Positions 8,461-15,728 are shown, numbered from the stretch's first letter. The stretch: 24,000 nucleotides of DNA from Candidatus Sericytochromatia bacterium (GCA_036676985.1 JAKFBU010000076.1:15185-39184), one strand, 5' to 3'. Numbers and translations are program-made. Notes: generated from the letters alone by a model not told the origin.

Positions 8461-8943
8461 ATGCCCGTTGTCGAAGACCGTCTCAAGACCCTAGGCATCA
8501 CGTTGCCCACGCCCGCTCCGGCGGCCGGAAACTATGCGCCCGTGCTGGATGTCGAGGGCTGGATCTACATCTCCGGCCAGTTGCCGATGGTGGACGGAAA
8601 GGTCGTGAGCACCGGCAAGGTCGGCGGCGACGTTTCGGTCGAGGATGCGTATCAGGCGGCCCGCACCTGCGCCATCAACGCCCTGGCCCTGCTCTACCAG
8701 GCGATGGGCGCCCACGAAGGCGCCCTGGACGACGTCCAGATCGTCCGGGTGGGCGGCTTCGTCGCGAGCGCTCCCGGCTTCACCCAGCAGCCCAAGGTCA
8801 TCAACGGGGCCTCGGACCTCTTCTGCGAGGTCCTGGGCGATCGCGGTCGCCATGCCCGCGCGGCGGTCGGCGTGGCCGAGCTGCCCCTGGGCGCCTCGGT
8901 CGAGGTGGAGGTCGTCGCTCGACGGCTTGGCAAGTATGCCTAG
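8461..8943 (+). CDS. RidA/YjgF/L-PSP family protein
   Basis: 160 aa with RBS GAAGGAGG. IYISGQLPMVDGKV...VRVGGFVASAPGF...AVGVAELPLGASVEVEVVA is the typical YjgF-fold pattern. Confidence 0.88.
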   Translation: MPVVEDRLKTLGITLPTPAPAAGNYAPVLDVEGWIYISGQLPMVDGKVVSTGKVGGDVSVEDAYQAARTCAINALALLYQAMGAHEGALDDVQIVRVGGFVASAPGFTQQPKVINGASDLFCEVLGDRGRHARAAVGVAELPLGASVEVEVVARRLGKYA

Positions 8944-9958
8944 CGTACTCTGTCTCGGGGAGGTCCTGTACGACTGGCACTGCCCCGAACAGGGGGCGAC
9001 CCTCGCGCGCGCCACGACCTTCGTCCGCACCCCCGGTGGGGCTCCCGCCAACGTGGCGGTCGGCCTGTCCAGGCTCGGCACTTCCACGGGGTTCCTGGGC
9101 CGCATCAGCACGGATCCCTGGGGGACCTCCCTGCTGGAGCTGCTCTCGTCCGAGCGGGTCGACGTCTCCCACGTGGTCCGGGACGATGGGGCTGGCACCC
9201 GCATGGCCTACGTGCTCCTCGACGAGCGCGGGGAGCGACACCTCGCGGCCTTCACGCACGGGGACTGCGCCGACGCGCGCCTGAATCACTCGGACGTACG
9301 GCCGGAGCAGTTCGACGACGTGTGCATCCTCTACGCGGGCTCCCTGATGCAGGTCCATCCCGAGTCGGCCATGGCCGTCGATCGGGCCATGGGGCTCGCG
9401 CAGGAGGAGGGGGCGATCGTCGTCTACGATCCCAACTACCGACCGGTGCTGTGGCCCACCCCGGAGGCCGCGCGCGAGGCCATCACCCATGCGGCCGAGC
9501 GGGCGGACATCCTCAAGGTCGGCGCCGAGGAGCTCGCCTTCCTGATGGGGGAGCCCGACCTCGAGCAGGCGGCGCGCATGGCCCAGGAGCGCTTCCTGCC
9601 GGCGCTCCTGGTCGTCACGGACGGGCCGCGGGGCTGCTTTTACGTGCGGGATGCGGACGAGGGCCATGTCCCGAGCATCGACGTCGTGGCGGTGGATCCG
9701 ACCGGAGCGGGGGACGCCTTCGTGGCCGGCCTGCTGTCGGGTCTGATCCCCGTCCTGCAGGAGGGCGACGGCCGGGAGGCGATCGCCACCATGGACGCCT
9801 CCGACCTGCGGCGCATCCTGAGCCGGGCCAACGCCCTCGGGGCGCTGGTGGCGACGCGCACCGGGGCCATGACGGCGCTGCCCACCGCCGAGGAGCTCGA
9901 GGCGTGGGTGCATGCCCAGCCGAAGGGGGCGCTCAAGGACAGCCTGGGCTGGAGCTAG
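8936..9958 (+). CDS. PfkB-family carbohydrate kinase (fructokinase-like)
   Basis: Start taken at ATG 8936 (MPSVLCLGEVLYDW), which overlaps the RidA stop as ATGCCTAG. Motifs are GGAPANVAVGLSRLG and the PfkB signature DPTGAGDAFVAGLL. The track ORF from 8645 is an in-frame upstream extension inside the RidA gene. Confidence 0.9.
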   Translation: MPSVLCLGEVLYDWHCPEQGATLARATTFVRTPGGAPANVAVGLSRLGTSTGFLGRISTDPWGTSLLELLSSERVDVSHVVRDDGAGTRMAYVLLDERGERHLAAFTHGDCADARLNHSDVRPEQFDDVCILYAGSLMQVHPESAMAVDRAMGLAQEEGAIVVYDPNYRPVLWPTPEAAREAITHAAERADILKVGAEELAFLMGEPDLEQAARMAQERFLPALLVVTDGPRGCFYVRDADEGHVPSIDVVAVDPTGAGDAFVAGLLSGLIPVLQEGDGREAIATMDASDLRRILSRANALGALVATRTGAMTALPTAEELEAWVHAQPKGALKDSLGWS

Positions 9959-9967
9959 AGACAGTAA

Positions 9968-9999
9968 AATCGCCCCCTCCGCGGAGGGGGCGATTTTTT
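9968..9999 (+). terminator. Rho-independent terminator after the PfkB gene
   Basis: AATCGCCCCCTCC (9968-9980) and GGAGGGGGCGATT (9983-9995) are exact reverse complements, running into a T6 tract at 9994-9999. Confidence 0.85.
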
Positions 10000-10022
10000 C
10001 TTCCGGAGTCCCGACGGATCTA

Positions 10023-10088
10023 CCCCCCCATTCCCCCCTGCTAGGGGGGAGGCTTTGTCAGGCCCCCCACGGGGGCCTGGAGGCCTCC
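10023..10088. repeat. Second C/G-homopolymer palindromic module, related to 7340-7371
   Basis: C7ATTC6TGCTAG6AGG (10023-10052) parallels C7TTC7TGCTGCGCAAG6 at 7340-7371. It is followed by the hairpin CAGGCCCCC/GGGGGCCTG (10059-10079) and the palindrome GGAGGCCTCC (10079-10088). Like the first copy, it lies between convergent genes. Confidence 0.55.
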
Positions 10089-10090
10089 GA

Positions 10091-10918
10091 TTAGAACATG
10101 TCGGTGGCGACGGGTAGGCGGACGAAGAAGTGGCTGCCGCGATCCGGCGTGCTGTCGACCGAGATGCTGCCGCCATGCAACTCGACCAGGCGCTTGACGA
10201 TCGAGAGCCCGAGGCCCGAACCACCCGTGCGCTTCACACGCTGGTCGCGGATCTGGTAGTAGCGGTCGAAGACCCGCTCCAGGTGCTCGGCCTCCATGCC
10301 GATGCCGTTGTCGTAGACCTCGAGCATCACGTGCTCGCCCGCGCGGCGCCCGTAGATCCCGACCTTGCCGCCCGACGGCGTGAACTTGCAGGCGTTGTCG
10401 AGCAGGTTGCAGAGCACCTGGCCCAGGCGATCGGCGTCCGCGTAGATCTCGGGCAGGGGCAGGTCCATCCGGACCTCGATGTGCTGGCCCTTGGCGTCGA
10501 ACAGGGGCTGCATGTGGCGGAGCGCCAGCTGCATGATGTCGGTAACCGAGACCATGTGGCGGTTGAGCGTGAACTCGTTGGCCTCCAGCTGGCTCCAGAC
10601 GAGGAGGTCCGAGACGATGCGGAGCATGCTCTCGCCGCCCTCGAGCATCTTGCGGACGCACTCGCGCTGACTCGGCGTCAGCGTGCCCAGCGTCTCCTCC
10701 TCGAGGATCGAGCCGAACCCGATGATGTACGACAGGGGGGTCCGGAGCTCATGGCTGACGTTCGCGATCAGGTTGACCTTGAGCTGGTCCTGCTCCTCGA
10801 GCATGCGCTTGTCTTGGGTCAGGGCCTCGTTCTTGGCGAACAAGCGCTGCATGAGCACATGGTACTGCGGGTCGTCCGGGGTGAGGCGCGTGCTAAGGGC
10901 CGGGGTGACCTCACCCAT
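10091..10918 (-). CDS. Soluble sensor histidine kinase with DHp and HATPase_c domains only (no sensor domain, no TM segment)
   Basis: H-box NVSHELRTPLSYIIGF, N-box LLDNACKFTP, G-boxes YDNGIGM and GGSGLGLSIVKRLVELHGG. I place the start at ATG 10918 (MGEVTP). The upstream part of the 409-aa track ORF crosses a low-GC promoter region and has non-coding character, but the start remains uncertain. Confidence 0.85.
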   Translation of the reverse strand: MGEVTPALSTRLTPDDPQYHVLMQRLFAKNEALTQDKRMLEEQDQLKVNLIANVSHELRTPLSYIIGFGSILEEETLGTLTPSQRECVRKMLEGGESMLRIVSDLLVWSQLEANEFTLNRHMVSVTDIMQLALRHMQPLFDAKGQHIEVRMDLPLPEIYADADRLGQVLCNLLDNACKFTPSGGKVGIYGRRAGEHVMLEVYDNGIGMEAEHLERVFDRYYQIRDQRVKRTGGSGLGLSIVKRLVELHGGSISVDSTPDRGSHFFVRLPVATDMF

Positions 10919-11095
10919 GGTGTGGATGTCTTCCACGTAGGACCTCCAGGTGCGCTGGCAGAACACGCGACGAAACCAGGTAAGTGTAGCGTGCGGCCGC
11001 CGTCCGGCGGCAAGGGAACAGGTTCGTCGGGCGCTCTGATGCGGGTAAAAAAGGGCGCGGCTGGCCGCAAAGCGGTAACCGAGCAGGCCTTCTTC

Positions 11096-11124
11096 AGTAT
11101 AGCCATGCGAGGTTGATCTAACAA
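11096..11124 (-). promoter_or_regulatory. Candidate sigma70-type promoter for the soluble histidine kinase
   Basis: The minus strand reads TTGTTA (11124-11119), a 17-nt spacer, then TATACT (11101-11096). This would give a 5' UTR of about 170 nt. It rests on pattern match only. Confidence 0.4.
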
Positions 11125-11288
11125 GATGTGGAGCTTTACGATTTGCAACGGAGTTTCGTTGCTGGTCGTGATCATTCTGCTCCACATGCTCCAAGGAGTT
11201 TCGGAGACACGCGGGGCGTATGTTAGCATGCAGTGGAGCTTTCACCGGTTCGGAACCCCGCCGATCCACGTCCCAAGGAGTTTTGCGC
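11125..11288 (+). promoter_or_regulatory. Tandemly duplicated hairpin plus SD leader upstream of the 329-aa gene
   Basis: The block GTGGAGCTTT occurs at 11128 and 11233. The block CCAC(A/G)T(G)C(T)CCAAGGAGTTT occurs at about 11170-11191 and 11266-11283. In each unit GTGGA(GC) can pair with (GC)TCCAC just 5' of AAGGAG. Only the second copy has a start codon at proper distance (ATG 11289). Confidence 0.35.
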
Positions 11289-12278
11289 ATGAGCGAGCGA
11301 TCGCTTCCTCTTTCCGCCACCGATCGTCAGGCCCTCGTCACCCGTCTCACGGCCCTGGGGTGGCGGATCGAGGAGCGGGCGGACTTCTCGGGCGTGCTCG
11401 CCACCGGCCAGACCCTCCGCTGCGTCGAGACGGTGGGCGACCACCTGGCGGAGAGCCTTCGGATCGATGCGGACGGTCGCCTCTACTACCGGGCCGGCTG
11501 GTTCGACGTGCTGCCCTTCGAGGCCATGCCGGACGTGACGGTCGATGCTCCGCGGCGTCCCGTCGGTGATGCGGCGCCCGCCGCCAAGCTCGCGCCCCAT
11601 CCCGACTGGCGGGTGCTGGTGGCGCCCGCGGGCGATCCCGCAGGCCGCTACCACCTGGTGGACGTCGAGACGGTGCTCGGGGACGCCACGGATCTCGGGG
11701 AGCTCGTGGGCCAGTTGCGCGCGCTCGCTGCCGCCTACAACCCCGCGCCCGGGACCGTTCCCGCCGAGCAAGCCTCCTACTACCTGATGGCGCCCCAGCT
11801 GGTGGCCATCTTCCAGGAGAGCGTCGAGGACCAGGTGGCGGGCTGGGGGACCTACGAGGTCGTATCGGCCGATCAGGGGCCTGCCATGTGGCGTGCGACC
11901 GTCGAGCAGGCCGACAGCCGGGGCGATCGCTACCGCTACGACGTCATCCGCACCGCGGAGGGTGTCGCCGCCGAGATCCTGGGCAAGCGGGATCTGCTAG
12001 TGCACGACTGGATCTGGCGCTTCCCGATCGCCGAGCGGGACTGGACCGAGGAGGTGGACGGCAACGTCGTGAGCCTCCAGGTCTACCACGTGGACGGGCC
12101 CGTGGACGTGGTGGCGGGTCGCTTCTACGGCTGCGTGCGGCTGTCGACCATGAACGAGAACGGCTCGAGCGTCCACACCTATCACCCGACGGCCGGGCTC
12201 ATCCTGAGCGAGTTCACGGACGTCGAGGGCACGCCCGGGCGCCGGGAGCTCTTCGATCTGGTGCGCCGCATCCCCTGA
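11289..12278 (+). CDS. Hypothetical protein, no recognisable motif
   Basis: Start taken at ATG 11289, 8 nt after AAGGAG; the track start at 11220 lacks an RBS. 329 aa with high GC3 throughout. Only two Lys residues. No PD-(D/E)xK, HNH, P-loop or HTH motif is visible by eye. Confidence 0.7.
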   Translation: MSERSLPLSATDRQALVTRLTALGWRIEERADFSGVLATGQTLRCVETVGDHLAESLRIDADGRLYYRAGWFDVLPFEAMPDVTVDAPRRPVGDAAPAAKLAPHPDWRVLVAPAGDPAGRYHLVDVETVLGDATDLGELVGQLRALAAAYNPAPGTVPAEQASYYLMAPQLVAIFQESVEDQVAGWGTYEVVSADQGPAMWRATVEQADSRGDRYRYDVIRTAEGVAAEILGKRDLLVHDWIWRFPIAERDWTEEVDGNVVSLQVYHVDGPVDVVAGRFYGCVRLSTMNENGSSVHTYHPTAGLILSEFTDVEGTPGRRELFDLVRRIP

Positions 12279-12308
12279 GTCGACTGCTAGGCCCCGGTCG
12301 GGGTCTCC

Positions 12309-13865
12309 CTAATCAGCGCTGGACAAGCTCGCCTCGCACTGCGCGACGGCCTGCCGCATGGCGGCGGCCGCCGCTTCTTTGGCCTTGGCGCGCGCGGGAT
12401 CTCCGGGGTCCATGGCCAGATAGGCCCGGTGCAACGGGAGCACCGCTTCCATGTAACGCCTGCCGAGCTCTCCCTGCCGGGCCGCGGAGAGGAGCGGGAC
12501 GCGCAGGGCCCGGATCTCGTCGAACGAGAGGTTGGGCGTGGCCACCCCGTTGATGAGGCGCCGGATCTGACCCTGGCCGAAGCGTGAGGCCAAGAAGAGC
12601 CAGGCGAAGTACGGGTCGAGCCCCTCGAAGCGCAGGATGTCGACGAAGCACCCCACATTCGCCCGCAGGGGCTCCGTGAGCACGGCCATCCGCCCCTTGC
12701 CGAGCGACCCCACTCCGGAGCGGGCGAAGAGCAGGTCTCCGGGCCTGGGCCGGCTGCGCGCAGGGTCGAAGATCGAGCCTGCGGCTACACGCCGGGCGTT
12801 GGTCAGGTCGATGCCCGACACGCCCAGCTCGCCCTGGTTCAGGAGCCAGACGTCACCGGGATCGGCCTCCGGTCGCCGTCCGGTGACGACGGGTCCGTAG
12901 GTGATGAACGAAAGGAACTCCCCTAAAGGGCGGGTCTCCAGGCGATCGCCCAGCGCCAGGAGGGGGGCCGCATGCTCGGGACTCCAGTAGGACGGATCCC
13001 AGCGCTCGTCCTGGAGCCGGTCTGCGGGCACGAGGACGGCCGGCTCGCACGGCCGATCCATGAGGAAGGCCGCGGCCCGCTCGACCATGCCCTCCAAGTC
13101 GGCGGCCTGCCCCGCCCGGTCCATGAAGGTCGTGCCGGAACGGCCCTCCTTATGCAAGAGGAGCAGGACGGTGCGCGCGCTCGCCTTTTCCGTGCGGAAC
13201 ACGTTCGCCGGCAGGGAGAGGACGGCCCGGAGGGCGCAGCGCTCGGCGACCCAGTTTCGGACGTGCTGGAGCCTGCGGTTGGTGAGGAGGCCCTCGGGCA
13301 GTATCAGCGCGATCCAGCCGCCCGGCGCGCACAGCTGCACGCAGCGCTCCATGAACAGGCACTCGATGGGAAAGGTGGCGAGCTCGCGGAGGCGCTTGCG
13401 CCGCCCGTCCTGGCGGTAGATGGTGTAGGTCTCGAGGGCCGCGGCCAGCGCCCGGGATCCGGGACTATCGGGGTCGCGCAGCCCGTACAGCCCCTCGGAG
13501 CCGTAGGGCGGGTTGCCGATGACGACCTCGAAGTTCCGATCGAGCTCGGGATGGGGGCACAGGGCGTCCGCCGCGAGGAGGGTGAGGCCGGGATGGGCCG
13601 TGCTCAGGCGATCCCACGTCTCCTGGAGGGCGGGATCCACATCGACGCCCCACATGGCATCGGCGGACAGTCCGCGCCGGAGGCCTTCGGTCAGGAACAC
13701 GCCCTGTCCGACGGAGGGTTCGAGGATGGGGCCCGTGACCGCGGGTTGGCGCGATCGCCCTTCCGACTGGAAGAGCGCCACGAGCTCCCAGATCGCCCCG
13801 GCCAGGGCCGGGGGCGTGAAGAATTGCCCCAGTTGCTGCTTTTCGTGCCGGGTCTTCTGGATCAT
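12309..13865 (-). CDS. N6-adenine DNA methyltransferase (gamma-class, HsdM/Eco57I-like) fused to a single HsdS-type target-recognition domain
   Basis: 518 aa. Contains QFFTPPALA, the AdoMet motif I LEPSVGQGVFL and motif IV VIGNPPYG. The C-terminal half (LGEFLSFITYGP...FARSGVGSLGKGRMAVL...GVATPNLSFDEIRALRVPL) matches the type I S-subunit TRD pattern followed by a conserved helix. Confidence 0.88.
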   Translation of the reverse strand: MIQKTRHEKQQLGQFFTPPALAGAIWELVALFQSEGRSRQPAVTGPILEPSVGQGVFLTEGLRRGLSADAMWGVDVDPALQETWDRLSTAHPGLTLLAADALCPHPELDRNFEVVIGNPPYGSEGLYGLRDPDSPGSRALAAALETYTIYRQDGRRKRLRELATFPIECLFMERCVQLCAPGGWIALILPEGLLTNRRLQHVRNWVAERCALRAVLSLPANVFRTEKASARTVLLLLHKEGRSGTTFMDRAGQAADLEGMVERAAAFLMDRPCEPAVLVPADRLQDERWDPSYWSPEHAAPLLALGDRLETRPLGEFLSFITYGPVVTGRRPEADPGDVWLLNQGELGVSGIDLTNARRVAAGSIFDPARSRPRPGDLLFARSGVGSLGKGRMAVLTEPLRANVGCFVDILRFEGLDPYFAWLFLASRFGQGQIRRLINGVATPNLSFDEIRALRVPLLSAARQGELGRRYMEAVLPLHRAYLAMDPGDPARAKAKEAAAAAMRQAVAQCEASLSSAD

Positions 13866-13910
13866 GCGCCCTCCCCGCCCATGCTAGCGGTGGGGGAGCG
13901 ATCGCTCAAG

Positions 13911-14231
13911 CTAGGACTTGGCGGCGGGCAGGACGGCGAGCGCCTGACGCAGCGAGTAGAGGCACTGCTCGTACTCCTTGAGGGTGGCCTCGGTGCCGGG
14001 CAGGCGGCGCAACTCGACCATGACATACTCGATCGCGCCGATGGACAAGGAGATGTGGCGATCCGTCAGGCCGACGTTCTTGAGCCGCTGCTCGAGCGTG
14101 CGCTCCACCTGTTGCTCGGTGGCCGGGGCCGCTCCGCGCGACTCGCGGTTGCCGCTCCAGCTCGAGCGGCGCATGTCACCCAACTCGAAGAGCGAGCGGA
14201 TCGAGCGTTCCGTGTTGTCCTTCTGGTCCAT
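13911..14231 (-). CDS. Small hypothetical protein (106 aa)
   Basis: Strong RBS GGAGGGAGGA 4 nt before the ATG and high GC3. It lies between the helical-protein gene and the methyltransferase on the same strand. No recognisable motif. Confidence 0.6.
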   Translation of the reverse strand: MDQKDNTERSIRSLFELGDMRRSSWSGNRESRGAAPATEQQVERTLEQRLKNVGLTDRHISLSIGAIEYVMVELRRLPGTEATLKEYEQCLYSLRQALAVLPAAKS

Positions 14232-14826
14232 CCGTTCCTCCCTCCGGGGCGCAAGGGACGCCCCGCTCCGGGATCAAGGATAGCAGCGGATCTCGAACCG
14301 GGTGGTGGTACGGATCACAGCGCCCGCTCGCGCGCCCGCTACCATAGGCAGGCGGCCGCTCCCGGACGTAGAAGTCGGCGCGCCATGGCGCGGCGAGGGC
14401 CGTTAGCACCGTTTCCTCGGCGGCCTCCTCGTCGCCTAGCTCTGCGAGCAGGTTCGCCTTGAGCCAGGCCCGGGTCATGGGCGGCAGCTCGACGCTCAGG
14501 GCCTCCAGCACCGAGAGCGCCTCGCGAGGGTGGTAGCGGCCCATCAGGGCGAGGCACCCTTCCACGATCTCCCAGTCGCCGCGTCGCTCGGCGCGGAAGA
14601 CGGCCTCGTCCCACTCGATCAAGGCGGTGTCCGTCTGGTCCGACGCGCTCAAGGCGAGCGCGAGGGCGACCCGCTCGAGCAGGAGGTGGGGCCGGGCGCG
14701 CAGGCGCTGACGGCACGCGGCCTCGACGAGGGACAGCCCCCCTTCCGACTCATGGGACCCGATCTGCTCCAGGATCGCCCTCAGACTCGCCGGAAGGGTG
14801 CTGGGTGAGGTATCCACGGTGTGCAT
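14176..14826 (-). CDS. Hypothetical alpha-helical (TPR-like?) protein, first gene of the methyltransferase operon
   Basis: Start taken at ATG 14826 (MHTVDTS), 5 nt after AAGGAG. The body is Leu/Ala/Glu-rich and helical. The last 55 or so codons lose the coding GC3 signature and run across the next gene's RBS and first 56 nt, so the 3' end is questionable. Confidence 0.6.
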   Translation of the reverse strand: MHTVDTSPSTLPASLRAILEQIGSHESEGGLSLVEAACRQRLRARPHLLLERVALALALSASDQTDTALIEWDEAVFRAERRGDWEIVEGCLALMGRYHPREALSVLEALSVELPPMTRAWLKANLLAELGDEEAAEETVLTALAAPWRADFYVRERPPAYGSGRASGRCDPYHHPVRDPLLSLIPERGVPCAPEGGTDGPEGQHGTLDPLALRVG

Positions 14827-14859
14827 GGCAACTCCTTGATTCAATAATGATATATCGTT

Positions 14860-14888
14860 ATTTTATTAATCCTCCGTTAACCTGACAA
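14860..14888 (-). promoter_or_regulatory. Candidate sigma70-type promoter of the three-gene methyltransferase operon
   Basis: The minus strand reads TTGTCA (14888-14883), a 17-nt spacer, then TAAAAT (14865-14860). It sits in the only AT-rich patch of this region, about 30 nt upstream of the ATG. Confidence 0.45.
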
Positions 14889-15010
14889 GGGGGGGAGCGC
14901 CACGATCCGCGGGAGCGGCGGCCCAGGCCCCGATGACGTCACGGATGCGGCCAGGAAGACACCGCGCCGCGCGATGGGGTGCAAAGCGAGCCGGAAGGCG
15001 AGGATTAGCG

Positions 15011-15040
15011 GCGAAAGGGCGTGGAAAAATGCGATATAAT
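15011..15040 (+). promoter_or_regulatory. Candidate folE promoter
   Basis: Perfect -10 TATAAT at 15035-15040. The -35 is weak (GCGAAA/CGAAAG around 15011-15017). It lies 55 nt upstream of the folE GTG. Confidence 0.3.
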
Positions 15041-15095
15041 GTAGACGCTGTTCCCCTCTTGCGGCTGTGTAACCCTGGAAGAAAGCGAGGCCACC

Positions 15096-15683
15096 GTGGC
15101 GATCGAAACCCGAATCCCGTTGAGTCAACAGGAGCGCGCGCGTCAGGCGCTGCGGACGCTCCTGGAGGCCATTGGGGAGGATCCCGATCGCGAAGGCCTC
15201 CGCGACACGCCCGATCGCGTCCTGCGGAGCTGGGAGGAGATCTTCGGCGGCTACACGCAGGATCCCGGGGAGATCCTGGCGACCACCTTCGAGGAGGTCG
15301 AGGGCTACCAGGAGTTCGTCCTGCTCAAGGACATCCCGTTCGACTCCACCTGCGAGCACCACATGCTCCCCTTCGACGGGATCGCGCACATCGCCTACCT
15401 GCCCAACGATCGCGTCGTGGGCCTCTCCAAGCTGGCCCGCCTGGTGGATTGCTTCGCCCGGCGCCTCCAGATCCAGGAGCGCATGACGCAGCACATCGCC
15501 CAGGCCCTGATGACCCACCTCAATGCCAAGGGTGTGGCCGTGATGGTCGAGGGGGTGCACGGCTGCATGACCTGCCGGGGCGTCCGCAAGGAAGGCTCCG
15601 CGATGGTGACGGTCGCCTTCGACGGGGAGTTCCAGCAGCCCGAGCGGCGCAACGAGTTCCTGTCGCTGACGACGCGTCGGTGA
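15096..15683 (+). CDS. folE: GTP cyclohydrolase I (FolE type 1)
   Basis: 195 aa with a GTG start. LEAIGEDPDREGLRDTPDRV, the zinc and active-site region FDSTCEHHMLPF, and QIQERMT are FolE hallmarks. Confidence 0.95.
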   Translation: MAIETRIPLSQQERARQALRTLLEAIGEDPDREGLRDTPDRVLRSWEEIFGGYTQDPGEILATTFEEVEGYQEFVLLKDIPFDSTCEHHMLPFDGIAHIAYLPNDRVVGLSKLARLVDCFARRLQIQERMTQHIAQALMTHLNAKGVAVMVEGVHGCMTCRGVRKEGSAMVTVAFDGEFQQPERRNEFLSLTTRR

Positions 15684-15700
15684 CGTAGCCCCCGCAGCGT

Positions 15701-15728
15701 GCCGGCCCGGTAACGGGTCGGCCGTTTC
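15701..15728 (+). terminator. Possible weak terminator or attenuator between folE and the membrane histidine kinase
   Basis: 9-bp stem GCCGGCCCG (15701-15709) / CGGGTCGGC (15714-15722) with one G-U pair and loop GTAA, followed by CGTTTCGT. The T-tract is weak. Confidence 0.3.

Noticed and set aside
8645-8935. Upstream extension of the PfkB kinase ORF (the track starts it at 8645).
   Set aside because: The extension lies entirely inside the RidA gene in another frame and translates to a Pro/Ser/Arg-rich string. The kinase family N-terminus (LCLGEVLYDW) begins at ATG 8936, which overlaps the RidA stop.
10919-11320. N-terminal extension of the soluble histidine kinase to 409 aa.
   Set aside because: The extension crosses the lowest-GC region of the window and overlaps a good promoter match and the divergent gene's leader. 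It has no coding GC3 bias and no domain-like sequence. An alternative non-ATG start somewhat upstream of 10918 cannot be fully excluded.
14285-14320. tRNA-like T-loop sequence GGTTCGAGATCC on the minus strand.
   Set aside because: The flanking bases do not form a 5-bp T-stem (only 2-3 pairs), and no acceptor or anticodon arms can be drawn. It is a chance resemblance inside the read-through tail region.
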